Shown piece by piece: positions 1 through 12,471 of a stretch of DNA of 64,000 bases. Source of the DNA: Podarcis tiliguerta. Its lineage: Eukaryota. The translations under genes and the position numbers were made by a program. Below the pieces are notes generated by a model. That model was not told where the DNA came from, ran no database searches, and saw only the letters and a list, made by a program, of their open reading frames with translations. The DNA is taken from NCBI GenBank assembly GCA_965153285.1, contig OZ229123.1; one strand, given 5' to 3'. Positions within the stretch are counted from its first letter, which is position 1. The number at the start of each line of letters is the position of its first letter.

Positions 1-88
1 AATGAAGATCAGCTCAAAATGTTTAAACTATTTAAATGGTTGCTCAACACCTCTGGTATAAGACAGGCAATATCCCCTCAGAACTTAC

Positions 89-173
89 CTCCAGATTCCA
101 AGGCAAAGTCAACCATGCCAGTCTTGTCTTGTGAAAAGAGCTTCAGCGCATTGTTGACAATAATGCGTGCTTG
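89..173 (-). CDS. SUN1: SUN1 exon (QARIIVNNALKLFSQDKTGMVDFALESG); gene continues beyond the left edge
   Basis: DKTGMVDFALESGG motif at the start of the SUN domain; tttgcag|CAA...G|gtaag. Confidence 0.97.
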
Positions 174-1723
174 CTGCAAATATACGTAAGAGGAATATGA
201 GAAATTGAGAGTAAGCACTGTATTTCAGCATTCTGACACACTGATGTCAAGTTGCGCTTTTGCCATAGAATTGTTTTATACAGCATTATCCCCAAAAATG
301 TCTCTCTGAATTAAGAAAAAGTTCATGAAACCAGTATAAGAATGTAAACAGAGGATGCCTGTTGGTATTCTAAAGCAGTGACACTACCTGTTCCTAATGC
401 CTACCAACTGTGTTCCCAGTGGAGGTGGGACAAAGAGGGCCTTCAAGGCCAATCTTAACTTTCAGGCTTGGGCAAACTAGTCTTTGAAGCAACATATGGG
501 CAAATCAGGTCTTTCATGTGACAAAGCCTCAGGCGATTACCAGTTTTAAAGGTAAATGCCAGAACTATGAATTGAGTTAGTGTTCAATAGTACAAATTGT
601 ACTCCTGAGCAGTAACCAATACAGTCAATATGGATGTGCTGTCCTCTTTATGAAATGCTATTCAGAATGAATGGGGCTGATTTTCCTTTTTATGGCTGGA
701 ATTTTATTGATGTTTCTCTGGCTGCATTTTTAATTTTTAAGCAGTCCAATATGACAATTTGATTTTTAAATTATGTTTGTGTTTGTTACATTACCCTGAT
801 TACATTATTTAATTTTGTTGCATATCTATCTTGAGTGCCACTCTTATTGGCAGAAAATGTGGTATGTAAATTTCAAATAAATGTTTCATCAAGATTTATT
901 TTATATGCCTATTATTATTTCCAGCTTTATAACCCAGCAAGCCCTCAAGACATCACCTTCGCAGATCCAAGGTATCATCATCTAATGACACTGATGAAAT
1001 TATAATTTCAAATATTGGAGCAAGACTAACATTTTGTTCTGACTCAGTGAGGAACAAAGAACTCACATTAAAGTCAATTCACAAACTGTACTTAACACCA
1101 CATAACTATTTTACTCGCCAGAATGTTGGAGGGCATGCCAAACCCTTGAGATGTGCTTTCATTTATGGTGGGATTGCCCAAAGGTTAAATGCTTTGGGGA
1201 TGCAGTACTCTATTAAACTGGAACTACCATAAAATGCCAGGATACACCTTCTCCACACCAGGCACTCCTTAAAGACACTACAGTGTACAGCGAGCAATTA
1301 GCTGGACACTTTCTTATTGCAGCATGATTCAGAATTTTGCAATTGTGAACAGACTTCGCAGGAGTTAATCTGGATTATTCGTATGCAAAGGTATGGGACG
1401 CTGTATTATTTAAAAAGCTGACATTCAAAATAAGAGTCCTTAGAGGCCAAAGTAAAAAAGATACCATTACAAAATCATACCACACTAAATTAAATTTATG
1501 TTAATAGACATAAACATGGACTGTCTCCATCTCCATTTATCATTTATCTACAATATTTGCGCACATCTTTCTCCTGCAAAACATTTGTAGTTGAAGATGA
1601 ATTGCACTTACTGTCTTAAAAACGAAATGCATAGAAACTTAAGCATAAGTTTAATGAAGCTGTTTCACAAAAGTGCAATCTAGAGTTTTAGTGGAAATGT
1701 ACAATATTTTTCGTCTTACTTAC

Positions 1724-1978
1724 CGCTTCTGTGATGCCTGAAATCCCAGCCTCATTTACAACGCTCGTTACTACCTCTGAAGTTGACTTTGTATTTGCGA
1801 CAGACATGTGGAGAGTTATGTTCTTGAGGATCTGCAACTCCAGATCTTGTAACAAATTTTGCAAGTCACTCTTGCTCACAAATTTGGATGTTAGCCACTG
1901 AAGCAGTGATTCTGGCAGGTCTCCTTGTTGGTTGCCAAAAAGCATGATCTTGACTGATTCTTTAACTTGGGCATCTAC
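1724..1978 (-). CDS. SUN1: SUN1 exon (VDAQVKESVKIMLFG...LQDLELQILKNIT...AGISGITEA)
   Basis: AG/GT bounded, 255 nt, conserved SUN1 sequence. Confidence 0.96.
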
Positions 1979-2577
1979 CTAGAAACATATCATATGGCAA
2001 GTTATATCACTGGCTTTGGATCACTTTCCAAATAGAATAGTGGTTCTCTTAACACACATACTTATTTTAGTTTCCTGCTATTCCCAACAATCAGACTGCT
2101 GTAACATAAAAGTTGAGGTGCTTCAACATTATGTTTTAATACACTAAGTTAGGCAACAAACCATATTCCCTCTGTCACAGTCATTCATGTCAGAAATTCC
2201 ACTTGTTTCTGTAAACCCCTTCTGTGGGCCTAATCTGCTCTTTGGATCCCAGCTCCACAGCCTTTAATCCATTTACCATGATCTTCAAATGGAATGACAG
2301 GGATAGCCAAAAGAAAATTCTAAATAACTATACGCTAGTGACTGCCCACAGAAATTGAGTAGGCCAGCCTCCTGCTTGTAGACAGTCCTGTAAAGTCCTG
2401 AAACCAATTGCATCTTATGGTATTGTATTTTGAGTAAGCTAAACAGACACAACCATATGCTTCTCAGCAAATCAATCCCGCCAGCAATCTTGCCTTGGAC
2501 ACAAAATGCTTTGTCAGATTGGGTGCACAAATACAACATATTAAACTTCATTCAGGGAAGTCTCCTTTTGAACTTAC

Positions 2578-2716
2578 CTTTTCATGAAGGGTATCCATTC
2601 TGTCACAGCAAGTTTTCAAACCCTGTGTACTTAGCAGTTCTGATTTCATGTGACCTAACTCAAGTTCTAGGTGTTTAATCTTGGATAACAGATGCTTGTT
2701 TTGTTCATCAGTGTCA
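2578..2716 (-). CDS. SUN1: SUN1 exon (DTDEQNKHLLSKIKHLELELGHMKSELL...DTLHEK)
   Basis: AG/GT bounded, 139 nt, bridges phase 2 to phase 0; not in the ORF track. Confidence 0.93.
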
Positions 2717-3511
2717 CTGACAGCACAGAAAGATAATAAAAGACAAAGTTCAAATATCAGAACTATTAGGAACAGATCTAGTAACAGTCAACAAAACATT
2801 ACGCTGAAGTAAAACAAAATGAGCAAGTTTTTGGCAGAGATGTGTTCTCCATGCATGCAAGAACATATTTGATGTGATAAACGTGATCCTTCTACTCCAC
2901 TATGAACAAGATAAAAAAGCAGCAATAGAGATGAAGGTATGAACCATTCACACTTTGCTTATTATTCATTTGGGGAAATGTTCAAAGCCACCCAAAGTTC
3001 ATACGATTCTTTGGAAATTTCTACACAATTCACAGCATTTTGTTGAATTTGCTACTATATGTAGACATGAAAAAGACATCAAATTCCAATTGTTGTTTTA
3101 AAGTAGCATGGTGGGGTGAAAATGCTGAATTCCCTTATAGTTTCAGCACAAAGCAGCAGTAAGCTAATCAGCAAACAAACTGAATTTTGAAACTTTAAAA
3201 TCAATTTTATGGGCATATGGTTTAAGCCAGTGTAAAACAAGTATAGAATTAAAATAAGTCACCAGAAAGAAAATAAATTCTGAGTTGGTGGAATGACAGA
3301 ATGATATTCCAGACTTATAGCAAGTTTTAGAATGTAATTTCAAGATGCAGTATAGTGACAACAAAGGCCAAACATTCAGTAGCTAAAACCACCCCCCTTA
3401 TAGAACCCACCCACCCATTTTTAATTCAGAGGTGTTAAAAGAAGAACAGTTATCATCAGTTTACAGGCTAGTTTTAACTGCTTAGTGGCAAGGAGCTAGC
3501 TGCAGCCATAC

Positions 3512-3555
3512 CTCATTCTTTGTGCTTTGGTTAGCTCAAGTTCCTTTTGAAGGCC
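3512..3555 (-). CDS. SUN1: SUN1 exon (GLQKELELTKAQRM)
   Basis: tttcag|GGC...AG|gtatgg, 44 nt. Confidence 0.92.
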
Positions 3556-4801
3556 CTGAAAAATAACAAAATGATTAAATTCACATGGAACCGCCTTATT
3601 CTGAACTACAGAAGAGATGCTGTGAAGAAAAGATTCCCAGACAACAGAAACTTGGGAAAAGTAGAGGATGACGAACCAATTTGCATACTTTCTAAACTTC
3701 ATTCAAAATTTCTGATAGCAATTTTGACATATTCATGCCATGGTGGGATGGGGGCGAGTGAAAGAAAGTGGCAGAGGCACTGGACTCCAATTGGGACTGC
3801 ATGTGACTTGGGGAAGAAAATTGCTCTTAAACTACTTGGTGGTGGTAGTTATTGTAATCCAGCTCTTATCCATTAACTCAACATATGGCTATGGGGGAAG
3901 GGAGTGCATCACAAGAAAGGAAGGCACAATCCTTCTTCCAGAGAAGAAGCAGAAACATTACCTGACATATGGAGATCCACATAACACTCTGGATCCCAAG
4001 ACTGCACTTGAGGTTACTAATCCTATTTTCACTAGGGCCTCTTTGCAAGTGAAAAATCCTTTCCTCTTTCTGTCTGATGTTCATCCAGAATAAATCTTGT
4101 TTGGTCAAACCAACTGTCTTCCATTATCCCAGCACATATCTTATTTTTTAATGCTTTTGAGAAATGGTTAGAGTGCTAACTGCAATTTTTTTAAAAAAAT
4201 GTTTCTTAATGCTGGAAAAATAGATCTGCCTTCCAAATTTGAATATTCTGGTTCTCACAACAAATTATACATTTGACACACTTTTGGCCTTATGAGCAAC
4301 TTGTGGTATTTATCCTCACAACCATCCTGAGAAGCTAGTTTGATTGACAGATTATAAAGTGCCAAGGGGTACCTCCAGTGAGATTTTTAGACAATTGGAA
4401 CCTAGACTTCCCACATCCAAGCCCAGCATAATAACCATTAAACTACCACTTTGTGCCCAAAAACATCTCTTCCCATCTAGGCAAGCAAGAGGCATTACCA
4501 AAATTCAAGGATACATTCTGGCCAGACGACGAATTGGAGGAGGGTTTGCAACAGCATTAGTTCTGGGAGATAATCTCCAAAAATAGAGATGCCTGGACAC
4601 TCACATTTGGCTCCCTGACCTGAGGTTCCACACTCATGAGGTGACAGATTTCTCTTTGTCTTCTTCCCCTTCCCTAAGCATAGTTGCTTGAAAGCAACCT
4701 GTGGATTTCTCTGGGACTTACTTCCAATCAAGTATTCTTAAAATTACAGCCTTTGCTACTGAAAGAAACTCTTAAAGCAAGTCTATCATTCTTTTCATTA
4801 C

Positions 4802-4888
4802 CTCTGATTTTTGTGAGAGCTTTGCAAGGAGATCTTCTAAAGCTACAATGCGCCATTCATGTTCTTGATGCAAGGTCAGAAAGTCACG
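4802..4888 (-). CDS. SUN1: SUN1 exon (RDFLTLHQEHEWRIVALEDLLAKLSQKSE)
   Basis: AG/GT bounded, 87 nt, DF..HQEHE.R...LED.L motif. Confidence 0.94.
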
Positions 4889-5479
4889 CTTTAAAGATAA
4901 AAGAGAATAGTAAGTTTTGAAGCTTATTGCTCACAAGATCCCTCCCATATTTAAGTATTGTATGGATTTTAACCACACAACCCAAAATAATATCTGTTTA
5001 TCCTGAAGCCATATTTAAGTACAATGACCGTATGAGAGCTATTTAATGCAGTTTGAAAAGGTAAAGGAGTAAAATGGTATCATTTTAAAATCCATTCATG
5101 AAAAGCATATTTTCTTCCTTTAAGAGACAGTTATTCAACTCTTAAGCTAATCATAGGAACGTGTGTTAAATGTACTGCGTGTTGGGCTTTATATCGAATA
5201 ATGCATTTTTAATGTTACCATGTTCAGCTTAAGCATATGCATTTGGCTGAATGGAATTACAATGAAATGCTTCCAGTGAGAATGACTGTAATGCAGTTTG
5301 CTAAACTATTATCATGTGCAAGCTGAAAACACTTGTATCCCACCCACACAAGCTCTCATTTCCCATGTCAGTTCTAAACAGCCTCTTACAACAGAAGTAT
5401 TATTGAGTATTTGAATGACAAGTCTGTAATGATCACATTAAAACTCCCAAGTTTTAAGAAACAGTTCCAAACAAATTAC

Positions 5480-5716
5480 CGCTGGGTGTAGCGTTTCATC
5501 AGGTTTCATTTCTTTAATATGCTGGCCCACCACGTTTTTAATGAGTGTCAGCATTTCACTTTTGTCATTCATCTGGGTAACTTGATCTTGAAGGCTTTGC
5601 AGGAGAAGTAGCATTTTACTATATTCTTCATCCCGATGATGCCATCTCTTAGACATAAAGGCCATTTTCTTTTCCAGCTCTATCACACGATCTGCATCAA
5701 ATACCTTCATAGTTTC
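5480..5716 (-). CDS. SUN1: SUN1 luminal coiled-coil exon (ETMKVFDADRVIELEKKM...TLHPA)
   Basis: AG/GT bounded, 237 nt, heptad pattern. Confidence 0.92.
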
Positions 5717-6550
5717 CTATAATTTTAAAGGGTATTTATTCATTTATACTCCAGCTCTGTTCTAAAACATTCATAGTGGTTTACAATTACAAAATAGCTC
5801 GCAACTGCAACAAATTACAGTTGTAAAACAAAACAAAAACCCTTAAAACAAGTTAGAGAAGCAGACTAAAGTAGCAGCTGCAGTTAATCCTGAATAATAA
5901 CAACATTCAGAAAAGCTCCAATGAAATAAAATTGTCTCCATTGTTTTGCCTAAAAGCATGCAGTAATAAGAATGGTATACCTCTCTTGGGAGTTTTAGTC
6001 CAGATTTTGGGATTAATTCTCATTATCCCCAAAGCAACGAATGATAAAATAAAATTTAAGAGACGGATTTAAAGGATACACTGCACATGGAAAGGAAATG
6101 GGGAGGAGTCCAAAGGTCATCCATTGGGGAAGGGGTTTTTTAAAAAAACAAAGCTATGCACTATGCATATTGATGAGCTATCTATCAAGCCAACACAACT
6201 TGTGAAGCATCAAGCCAGCCTCATGCTCTGGGGTTTCAAAAAGAGAGAGCCTGTCAGACGCTTGGAAAGTCAAGACAGGCAGCAACAATAGTTGCTGGTA
6301 GGCTGCTGTACATGGGTGGCATATGTCATGTTTGGCATAGCGGACTAAGGCCTGCACAACAGGAACAAAATAATTTGGCCAGCTCTTGGTTGTATCACTC
6401 CCAACACTTCACAATATTGGCAGGTATTCATTTGCAGATGGATAGACCAAAGGCTATCATCAAATAGGAAAGTGAGTAACACGCAGAGCCCCTTAGCCTT
6501 CACATGCGAAACAAAAAGCCTTAAGATATATATTTTTAAAGAGCACTTAC

Positions 6551-6696
6551 ATCAGGGTATGGAAGAGCATAAGAGTCATCGGGCTGAGGCTCAATGATAT
6601 TTGCAGAATCTTCCCAGCTGTGTATTCTGTGTATGCCCGTCCAATTCAAAGCTGGCAATAACGAAAGGAAACCTTCAGTACCCCAGTGCCATAATC
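6551..6696 (-). CDS. SUN1: SUN1 exon (GLWHWGTEGFLSLLPALNWT...PYPD)
   Basis: AG/GT bounded, 146 nt, open in the expected phase. Confidence 0.9.
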
Positions 6697-6843
6697 CTAA
6701 AAGAAAGAAGGCAAAAAGGGGTAAAGATAAAGATCTTGATAACAGGAAATCCTCAGATTTTTTTTTAAAGTAAGGTTGACAAAATAAACCAACATTAATT
6801 CGGCATTGATCCTTAAATTAATAACTTTGACCACAGTCTATAT

Positions 6844-7097
6844 CAGGAGTCAGCAAACATTTTCAGCAGGGGGCCAGTCCACTGTCCCTCAAACCTTGTG
6901 GGGGGCCAGACTATTTTTTTTTTTTGGGGGGGGGGGGAAATGAACGAATTCCTATGCCCCACAAATAACCCAGAGATGTATTTTAAATAAAAGGACACAT
7001 TCTACTCATGTAAAAACACGCTGATTCCCGGACTGTCCTCAGGCTGGATTTAAAAGGCGATTGGGCCGATCTGGCCCCTGGGCCTTAGTTTGCCTAC
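6844..7097 (+). mobile_element. hAT-type non-autonomous element, right end damaged
   Basis: CAGGAGTCAGCAAAC left end and GTTTGCCTAC right end; no clear right TSD. Confidence 0.6.
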
Positions 7098-7144
7098 ATC
7101 CTTTCTCAATGCAAATATGAAAACTATGGGAACTCAAGAGCAAC

Positions 7145-7340
7145 AGGGAAGTGCCCTGACTCAGTTGGAAAGCATATGTGTGGCATGCGGAAGGCCTCAG
7201 GTACAATCTCCAGCATCTCCTGATAGGGCTGGAAAAGCCCCCTGTCTGAGATCACGGAGAATCACTGCTAGTCAGTGTAGACATAGAGAGTGATGTGGAC
7301 CAATTGCCTGACTTAGAATAAAGGAGCTTCCAATGTTCCC
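7145..7340 (+). mobile_element. Squam3-like tRNA-derived SINE (diverged)
   Basis: tRNA-like head, body ...cagtgtagac...ggaccaat, tail gcttcc.atgttcc; shared with other copies in the window. Confidence 0.7.
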
Positions 7341-7418
7341 AATAAATCCCAGGGCCCATCCCCTCCAATAAATTAATGATTTCTACCAATTCCGCTACTT
7401 AAAACTTTTCAGTCATCC

Positions 7419-7853
7419 TGTCAGGGACCTGCCATCAGTGCCGGAGGGAGAGAGCAAAATCCAGAGGGATTCTGGAGAGCGTCCTGGGATTGGGAGAGGC
7501 AGCCCATCTTCTGGGGAAGAGAATCAGCGTAGCACCCGTGGAGAAGGGGGGCAGATTGGCGAAGCGGTGAGGCGGTCCCATGACTCCTTGCCGGGGACCA
7601 GCGGGGAGAGTAGAGGTCCTCCGCTGCCTACGCCCTCCTTGCGCAGAAGGCTTTCACGCAGAGAGAGTAGGAGAAGACTAGGCGTCAAAGAGCTTCTTTG
7701 CTGGAAGAAGTTTAAGAAACGCCCACTGACGGATTCTGCCAGCGACTGAGACAGCCACGGGTGAGTGGCTGTCCGGACAGAAAAGGTTCACTCAGGCAAT
7801 CCAGCCAGGTGTTTGCACCGGCTTACGCACGAGCAACCCCTAGAACCATTACA
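7419..7853. mobile_element. Solo LTR (435 bp)
   Basis: TGTCA...TTACA termini and a perfect 5-bp TSD CATCC (7414-7418, 7854-7858); GC/CpG rich. Confidence 0.85.
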
Positions 7854-8121
7854 CATCCCTCTATATGAAGTGCTATTCTACATAATTATTGTACTTAGAC
7901 ACTTCTGTTGCTACAAAGATTCACCATCTGTGTAGCTGGGCACACTCTTAACCTTCCAGCTGTGGTGGGAGCAGACCACACCTACATGGAATGGTTGTTG
8001 GGCTCTGCAATGAATTATTCATCATAATTGTGGCTCACCAGGTACTAGGCATGTGTACACACACACACACACACTTCCATACCTAGGCAAGCAGGAAAAA
8101 AGGCTGCTCAAGCTTCTAGAT

Positions 8122-8255
8122 AAGTGTTTCCCAAACTTGGGCCTCCAGTTGTTTTTGGACTTCACTTCCCATCATCTCTGACCACTGGTCCTACTAGCTA
8201 GGGATGATGGGGGTTGTAGTCCAAAAACCGCTTGAGATCCAAGTTTGGGAAATTA
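8122..8255. mobile_element. Palindromic hAT-type MITE
   Basis: Long inverted arms tttcccaaacttgg/ccaagtttgggaaa and cccatcatc/gatgatggg; flanked by TTCTAGA. Confidence 0.7.
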
Positions 8256-8263
8256 TTCTAGAA

Positions 8264-8451
8264 CTGGGATGTCCAACCAGTCGATCGCAATTGACCGGTT
8301 GATCATGGGGTGTTCCTGGTCAATCGCGTGATTCTGATTGAGTGACACCCCCCCAAAACCCTCAACAACTTTGGTCAATCCAATGGGTAGATCACTGCCA
8401 GTGTTTTTATAGTGGGAGTAGATCACATCTCTTGGAAGTTGGACATCCCTG
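8264..8451. mobile_element. hAT (Charlie-like) MITE
   Basis: TIR gggatgtccaac/gttggacatccc; 8-bp TSD TTCTAGAA/TTCTAGAT. Confidence 0.75.
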
Positions 8452-8597
8452 TTCTAGATGAACCACTGTTATGTGGCTGGTTGGCTGCATTCAGTCTGAG
8501 TGGGCCACACATGTAGGCTGAATACACACAACCCTATAAATAGGTAACCTAGATTAGTAAGATTTCAGGCTCATTCTACTGACACATTTCCGCCTAC

Positions 8598-8656
8598 CTA
8601 GCAACAGCAATAGCGGGAGGAGAAACAACAGCAGTCTGAATATCTTTGGAAGGCAT
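8598..8656 (-). CDS. SUN1: SUN1 exon encoding start of transmembrane segment (RCLPKIFRLLLFLLPLLLLL)
   Basis: ttccag|A...G|gtaggc, 59 nt, phase consistent. Confidence 0.95.
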
Positions 8657-9322
8657 CTGGAAAATAGATAAAGGAATTTCACTGCAATTAGCTCACTGCC
8701 ATTGGTTGCCTGAACATGTAACATATAACTGAAAATTTCAATTCCATTACTTAAGCTCTTTATGACCGTGATCTGTAACAATGCCAACAACATTATGAAG
8801 ATAGTTTTGTAACCAATTCAGAGAGAAAATAGCAGCACATATTAGACTACAGACCACAATCTAGAACAGTTTAGACTTGCCCATAGGCTTAAAAGGTGCC
8901 TAGGAGGACTTTTCTCTCTTGAACAGTGACTTGGTCTGATGAACTGCAAACTGCCTCAAACGCATTGATGTTCTCAACAGAAGCTTGTGTTCCAGTCCTG
9001 ATGGTCGCAGAAAATAAATTGCATGGATTTTAGGATTGTGGCCATTATCTCTCCTCTGTGTTATAAAGTCAATTTTAAAAATAAATTTAGAGGAGTGATG
9101 TGGGATGGAATTTTTTCCACTGCTATGTTCATCCATTGAAAAGTTTCCATTTGTGGAATACATTACTACATACATTTTTTAAAAATAACATAATGAATTA
9201 ATACAAGTCAAACTGAGCAACTGGAATGGGGACAGGAAGTTCTTAGAGCATGGCCAAGTTAATTTATCCAGTTTCAGTGCTAACATTTTCTTTCTTTAAA
9301 AAGATTTGCCATGCTTAAAATA

Positions 9323-9548
9323 CAGTGGTACGTCGGGTTAAGTACTTAATTCGTTCCGGAGGTCCGTTCTTAACCTGAAACTGTTCTTAACCTGAAGCAC
9401 CACTTTAGCTAATGGGGCCTCCCGCTGCCACCAAGCCACCGGAGCACGATTTCTGTTCTCATCCTGGAGCAAAGTTCTTAACCCAAGGTACTATTTCTGG
9501 GTTAGCAGAGTCTGTAACCTGAAGCGTATGTAACCCGAGGTACCACTG
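9323..9548. mobile_element. Tc1/mariner (Tigger-like) MITE
   Basis: TIR CAGTGGTAC.TCGGGTTA/TAACCCGAGGTACCACTG, TA target duplication. Confidence 0.85.
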
Positions 9549-10482
9549 TACTTACAAGTATTCCAACAAACTGAAGTTTCCAAACAAAGTATTTGTTTGA
9601 TTTGAATTTGTTTTTATGTACATTAACTATGCTTTATTTTATTTTATTCATTTAAAAGGAAGATATTTTAATTCAAATACTTTGGGGGGGGGGACCTCTG
9701 AGATATTTACACAGCAAGGAAAATTAACATGGCATACTTTTTTTAGTTTTGGTTACTAAAATAAAATAATAAATCTCTCTCTCTCTCTATCCTAAATTGG
9801 ATCCCAATCTGCTCAGGGTAGCGTTATTCTTTCAGAGAAAATCTACCACTTTGTCTTAAGAACCCCAGTATTGAAACCAGGAGGCAACTTCTTAGCCTAG
9901 CTTGCAGAATTTAATAACCACCAAACAAGCTCAGTAAACTGAGTGCTTTCCAATGCACATGGTTCATCATAACAAGAACAAGTAGCAGCAAGCTTCAGCC
10001 TGTGTGCACCCTGGCACCCACAGCATAGCTGTGAAGACTGGACATTTCCAGCGAACATCAGTATAGCAATACATGTGTAACCTAATCGGTGGTTAACTTT
10101 AACTATGGCTTGTTGAAACATGTCATTTTTATAATCAATGGTTTGAAGCTGGCTTATTTCAACCAATAGCAATAGGATTAAATATTAAAATTAATCACCG
10201 TTTGTCCTTGACAAACAGTGGTTGTTTTAAAATGAAAATGAAAGTTTCCAATCTGCTTGCAACCACATCATGGAGTTGGGGGAGAACATTTGTGTCCAAG
10301 ACTCCCTGCGCTTTGTAATAATCCAGTGGTTTGTCATAATGTATGAACCAGCTGAAAAATGAGACTGTATCATCTTTAATCCAATTGTTTCCAGTGATAA
10401 AACTGTGATAAAGAAAACTGATCTACAATCATGGCTCTTTTAACACATGGTGATCAAATTCTGTTAAGAAATGCTTACAAAC

Positions 10483-10576
10483 CTTGTAAGAAGGAACACA
10501 TTCAGCAAGGAAATCAGAGTAACAAGTTGATACCATCCAGTCCCAAGCCACCAGAACACTCCTGCAGCTGCCTTCC
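10483..10576 (-). CDS. SUN1: SUN1 exon (GKAAAGVFWWLGTGWYQLVTLISLLNVFLLTR)
   Basis: Highly conserved SUN1 hydrophobic motif; AG/GT bounded, 94 nt. Confidence 0.96.
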
Positions 10577-11560
10577 CTAGATGAGAACAGACAATTGCTG
10601 GCTGAATTGGGAATGTAAGATAATCACCAAAGACAATAGTTTTCAAACGTTTGGGTCTTCAGGGAAACTTTTCCAAATGAACATGTCTGCTGGGAATCCC
10701 TGTAAGTGGATGAGGATCCTGGGACATATTCTAAGCCACACCCTCCGTTCACACAGACACTGGCTAGGCCTGCAGAGCTTGGCCACTATCATCCATGAAC
10801 CAAGATGCACCCAAGGAGACAGCCAGCATGGCCCTGTAGCTTCACACTGCAGGGGATGTTCTGTAATGTTGGGCGAGTAGCCTCTTGGGAAAGTTTGTCC
10901 ACCATTACACATCTTTTCATTGAGGAGATCTAAGCTTCCCTGGAACACAGTTTGAAAACCACTGGCTTAGGAGGAGACCAAGCGGAAGCAACAGGTGAGT
11001 GCTGTAGAAGAATATTATAGGACATGCAGATTTTGGGTGTAAATGAGTATTGGCAAATGACCACACACATGCAACATTAAAATCAGTCCATAACACATCA
11101 TATTACAATCTATATTCATAACCTGAAATGTCACACACGCATGCACAAAGTCATGCAGCAGAGAGTAATGCAGTAGCAACGTAAGTCTGGCAATTTACAA
11201 AAGTAAAATGCATGCTGAAGCTGCATTCTTAATATGTACTTAGTGTGTCAATGAAACCCCTTGGGGAATGAGATGAAGTAAGATGCCCAAGGTTACATGG
11301 AATTGCAAGGAGTCAGTTTCTCTATTTCTGAGAGCAGCTCTGTTTTCACAACTAGCTAATTATGCCTCGCAATACTGGAAGCAGGCACACCGTATAAGGT
11401 ATATGCCGGGTTATTAATAAGCTGTGTACACAACCACGCTGCAAATGTTAGCATTAAGCAAACAATGATGGAAAAACCAAAAGGATGCTTGAAACAAGTT
11501 CATTTCCTACATGAAAAGCGCTTCAACGTAGGCAACAATGTGAAAACTAGCCAGTCTACA

Positions 11561-12015
11561 CAGTGGCGGAGGAAGGGGTGTGTGGGCCGCCCGGGTGTCA
11601 TCACTGAGGGGTGTGACAAAATGACAAAAATATGAGGGTGGGTTTTTAAAAAACAAACAAACCCTGGGCTCACAAAACTTTTTAGTTCGGTCAACAAACA
11701 TAATGAAATGCAAGTGGCACTAGGTACCACACTGTGGGGGCCGGCAGTTACTGAGGGGCCTGCAGCGTGCGCCAGCCACACGTCTCTCCTGGGAGTGAAG
11801 TGCTGGCTTGGGTGCCTGCAGGTTCCGCGCTGCCTGAAACGACAGTGTGGGGCTTGCACCCGCCCACTGCCTCTCCGTCAGCCGCCCTACAGCTGAGGGG
11901 AAGGCAGCAGAGAGGCTCCATGCAGCACGCCCAGCTCCCATAGGCGGCTCACCCTGCCCCCAGCTGCGGGATGTGTGGGCCACCCCCGGCACCCAAGCAG
12001 CTAGCTATGCCACTG
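11561..12015. mobile_element. GC-rich hAT-type non-autonomous element
   Basis: Imperfect TIR CAGTGGC.../...GCCACTG; perfect 8-bp TSD AGTCTACA (11553-11560, 12016-12023). Confidence 0.85.
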
Positions 12016-12471
12016 AGTCTACACACAAGTTTCATCTTCTTTTCCAAATAGAAATGCTGGACATTCAGGAACTAAGAAGGCGGAGCTGTATAGGATGATG
12101 GAAAACACTTGTGACCTTTTGTTCATAGTAGGGCTAGTGCCTGCAGGAAAGAGAAAGTGATTGGTTCCTCCTGATCTCCGGACTGTTTAGGTAGGTAGTT
12201 CTATACAGAGACTTCAGCCTATTGATTTGAAAGCCTTCTTTCCAGAGCCCATGCCTCATCAGGTATACTGATGGCGCAAACACGCCCCATGGCACTTACA
12301 GGAAGGGCTTTTTGTGTAGGAAATGTTTCTGTGTAGCATTTGAAGCTGCCCTAAAGATCACAAATCCAGGTTAAATCAGCTGATCACATCTACTATAAGA
12401 TGCCAGTATGCTTTAAAAGGCAGAATACTCATGCAAAAGCATAAACATACACACACAAAATCAATAGTAAC

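Noticed and set aside
7438-7749. 103-aa R/G/S-rich ORF
   Set aside because: Lies wholly within the solo LTR and starts at GTG
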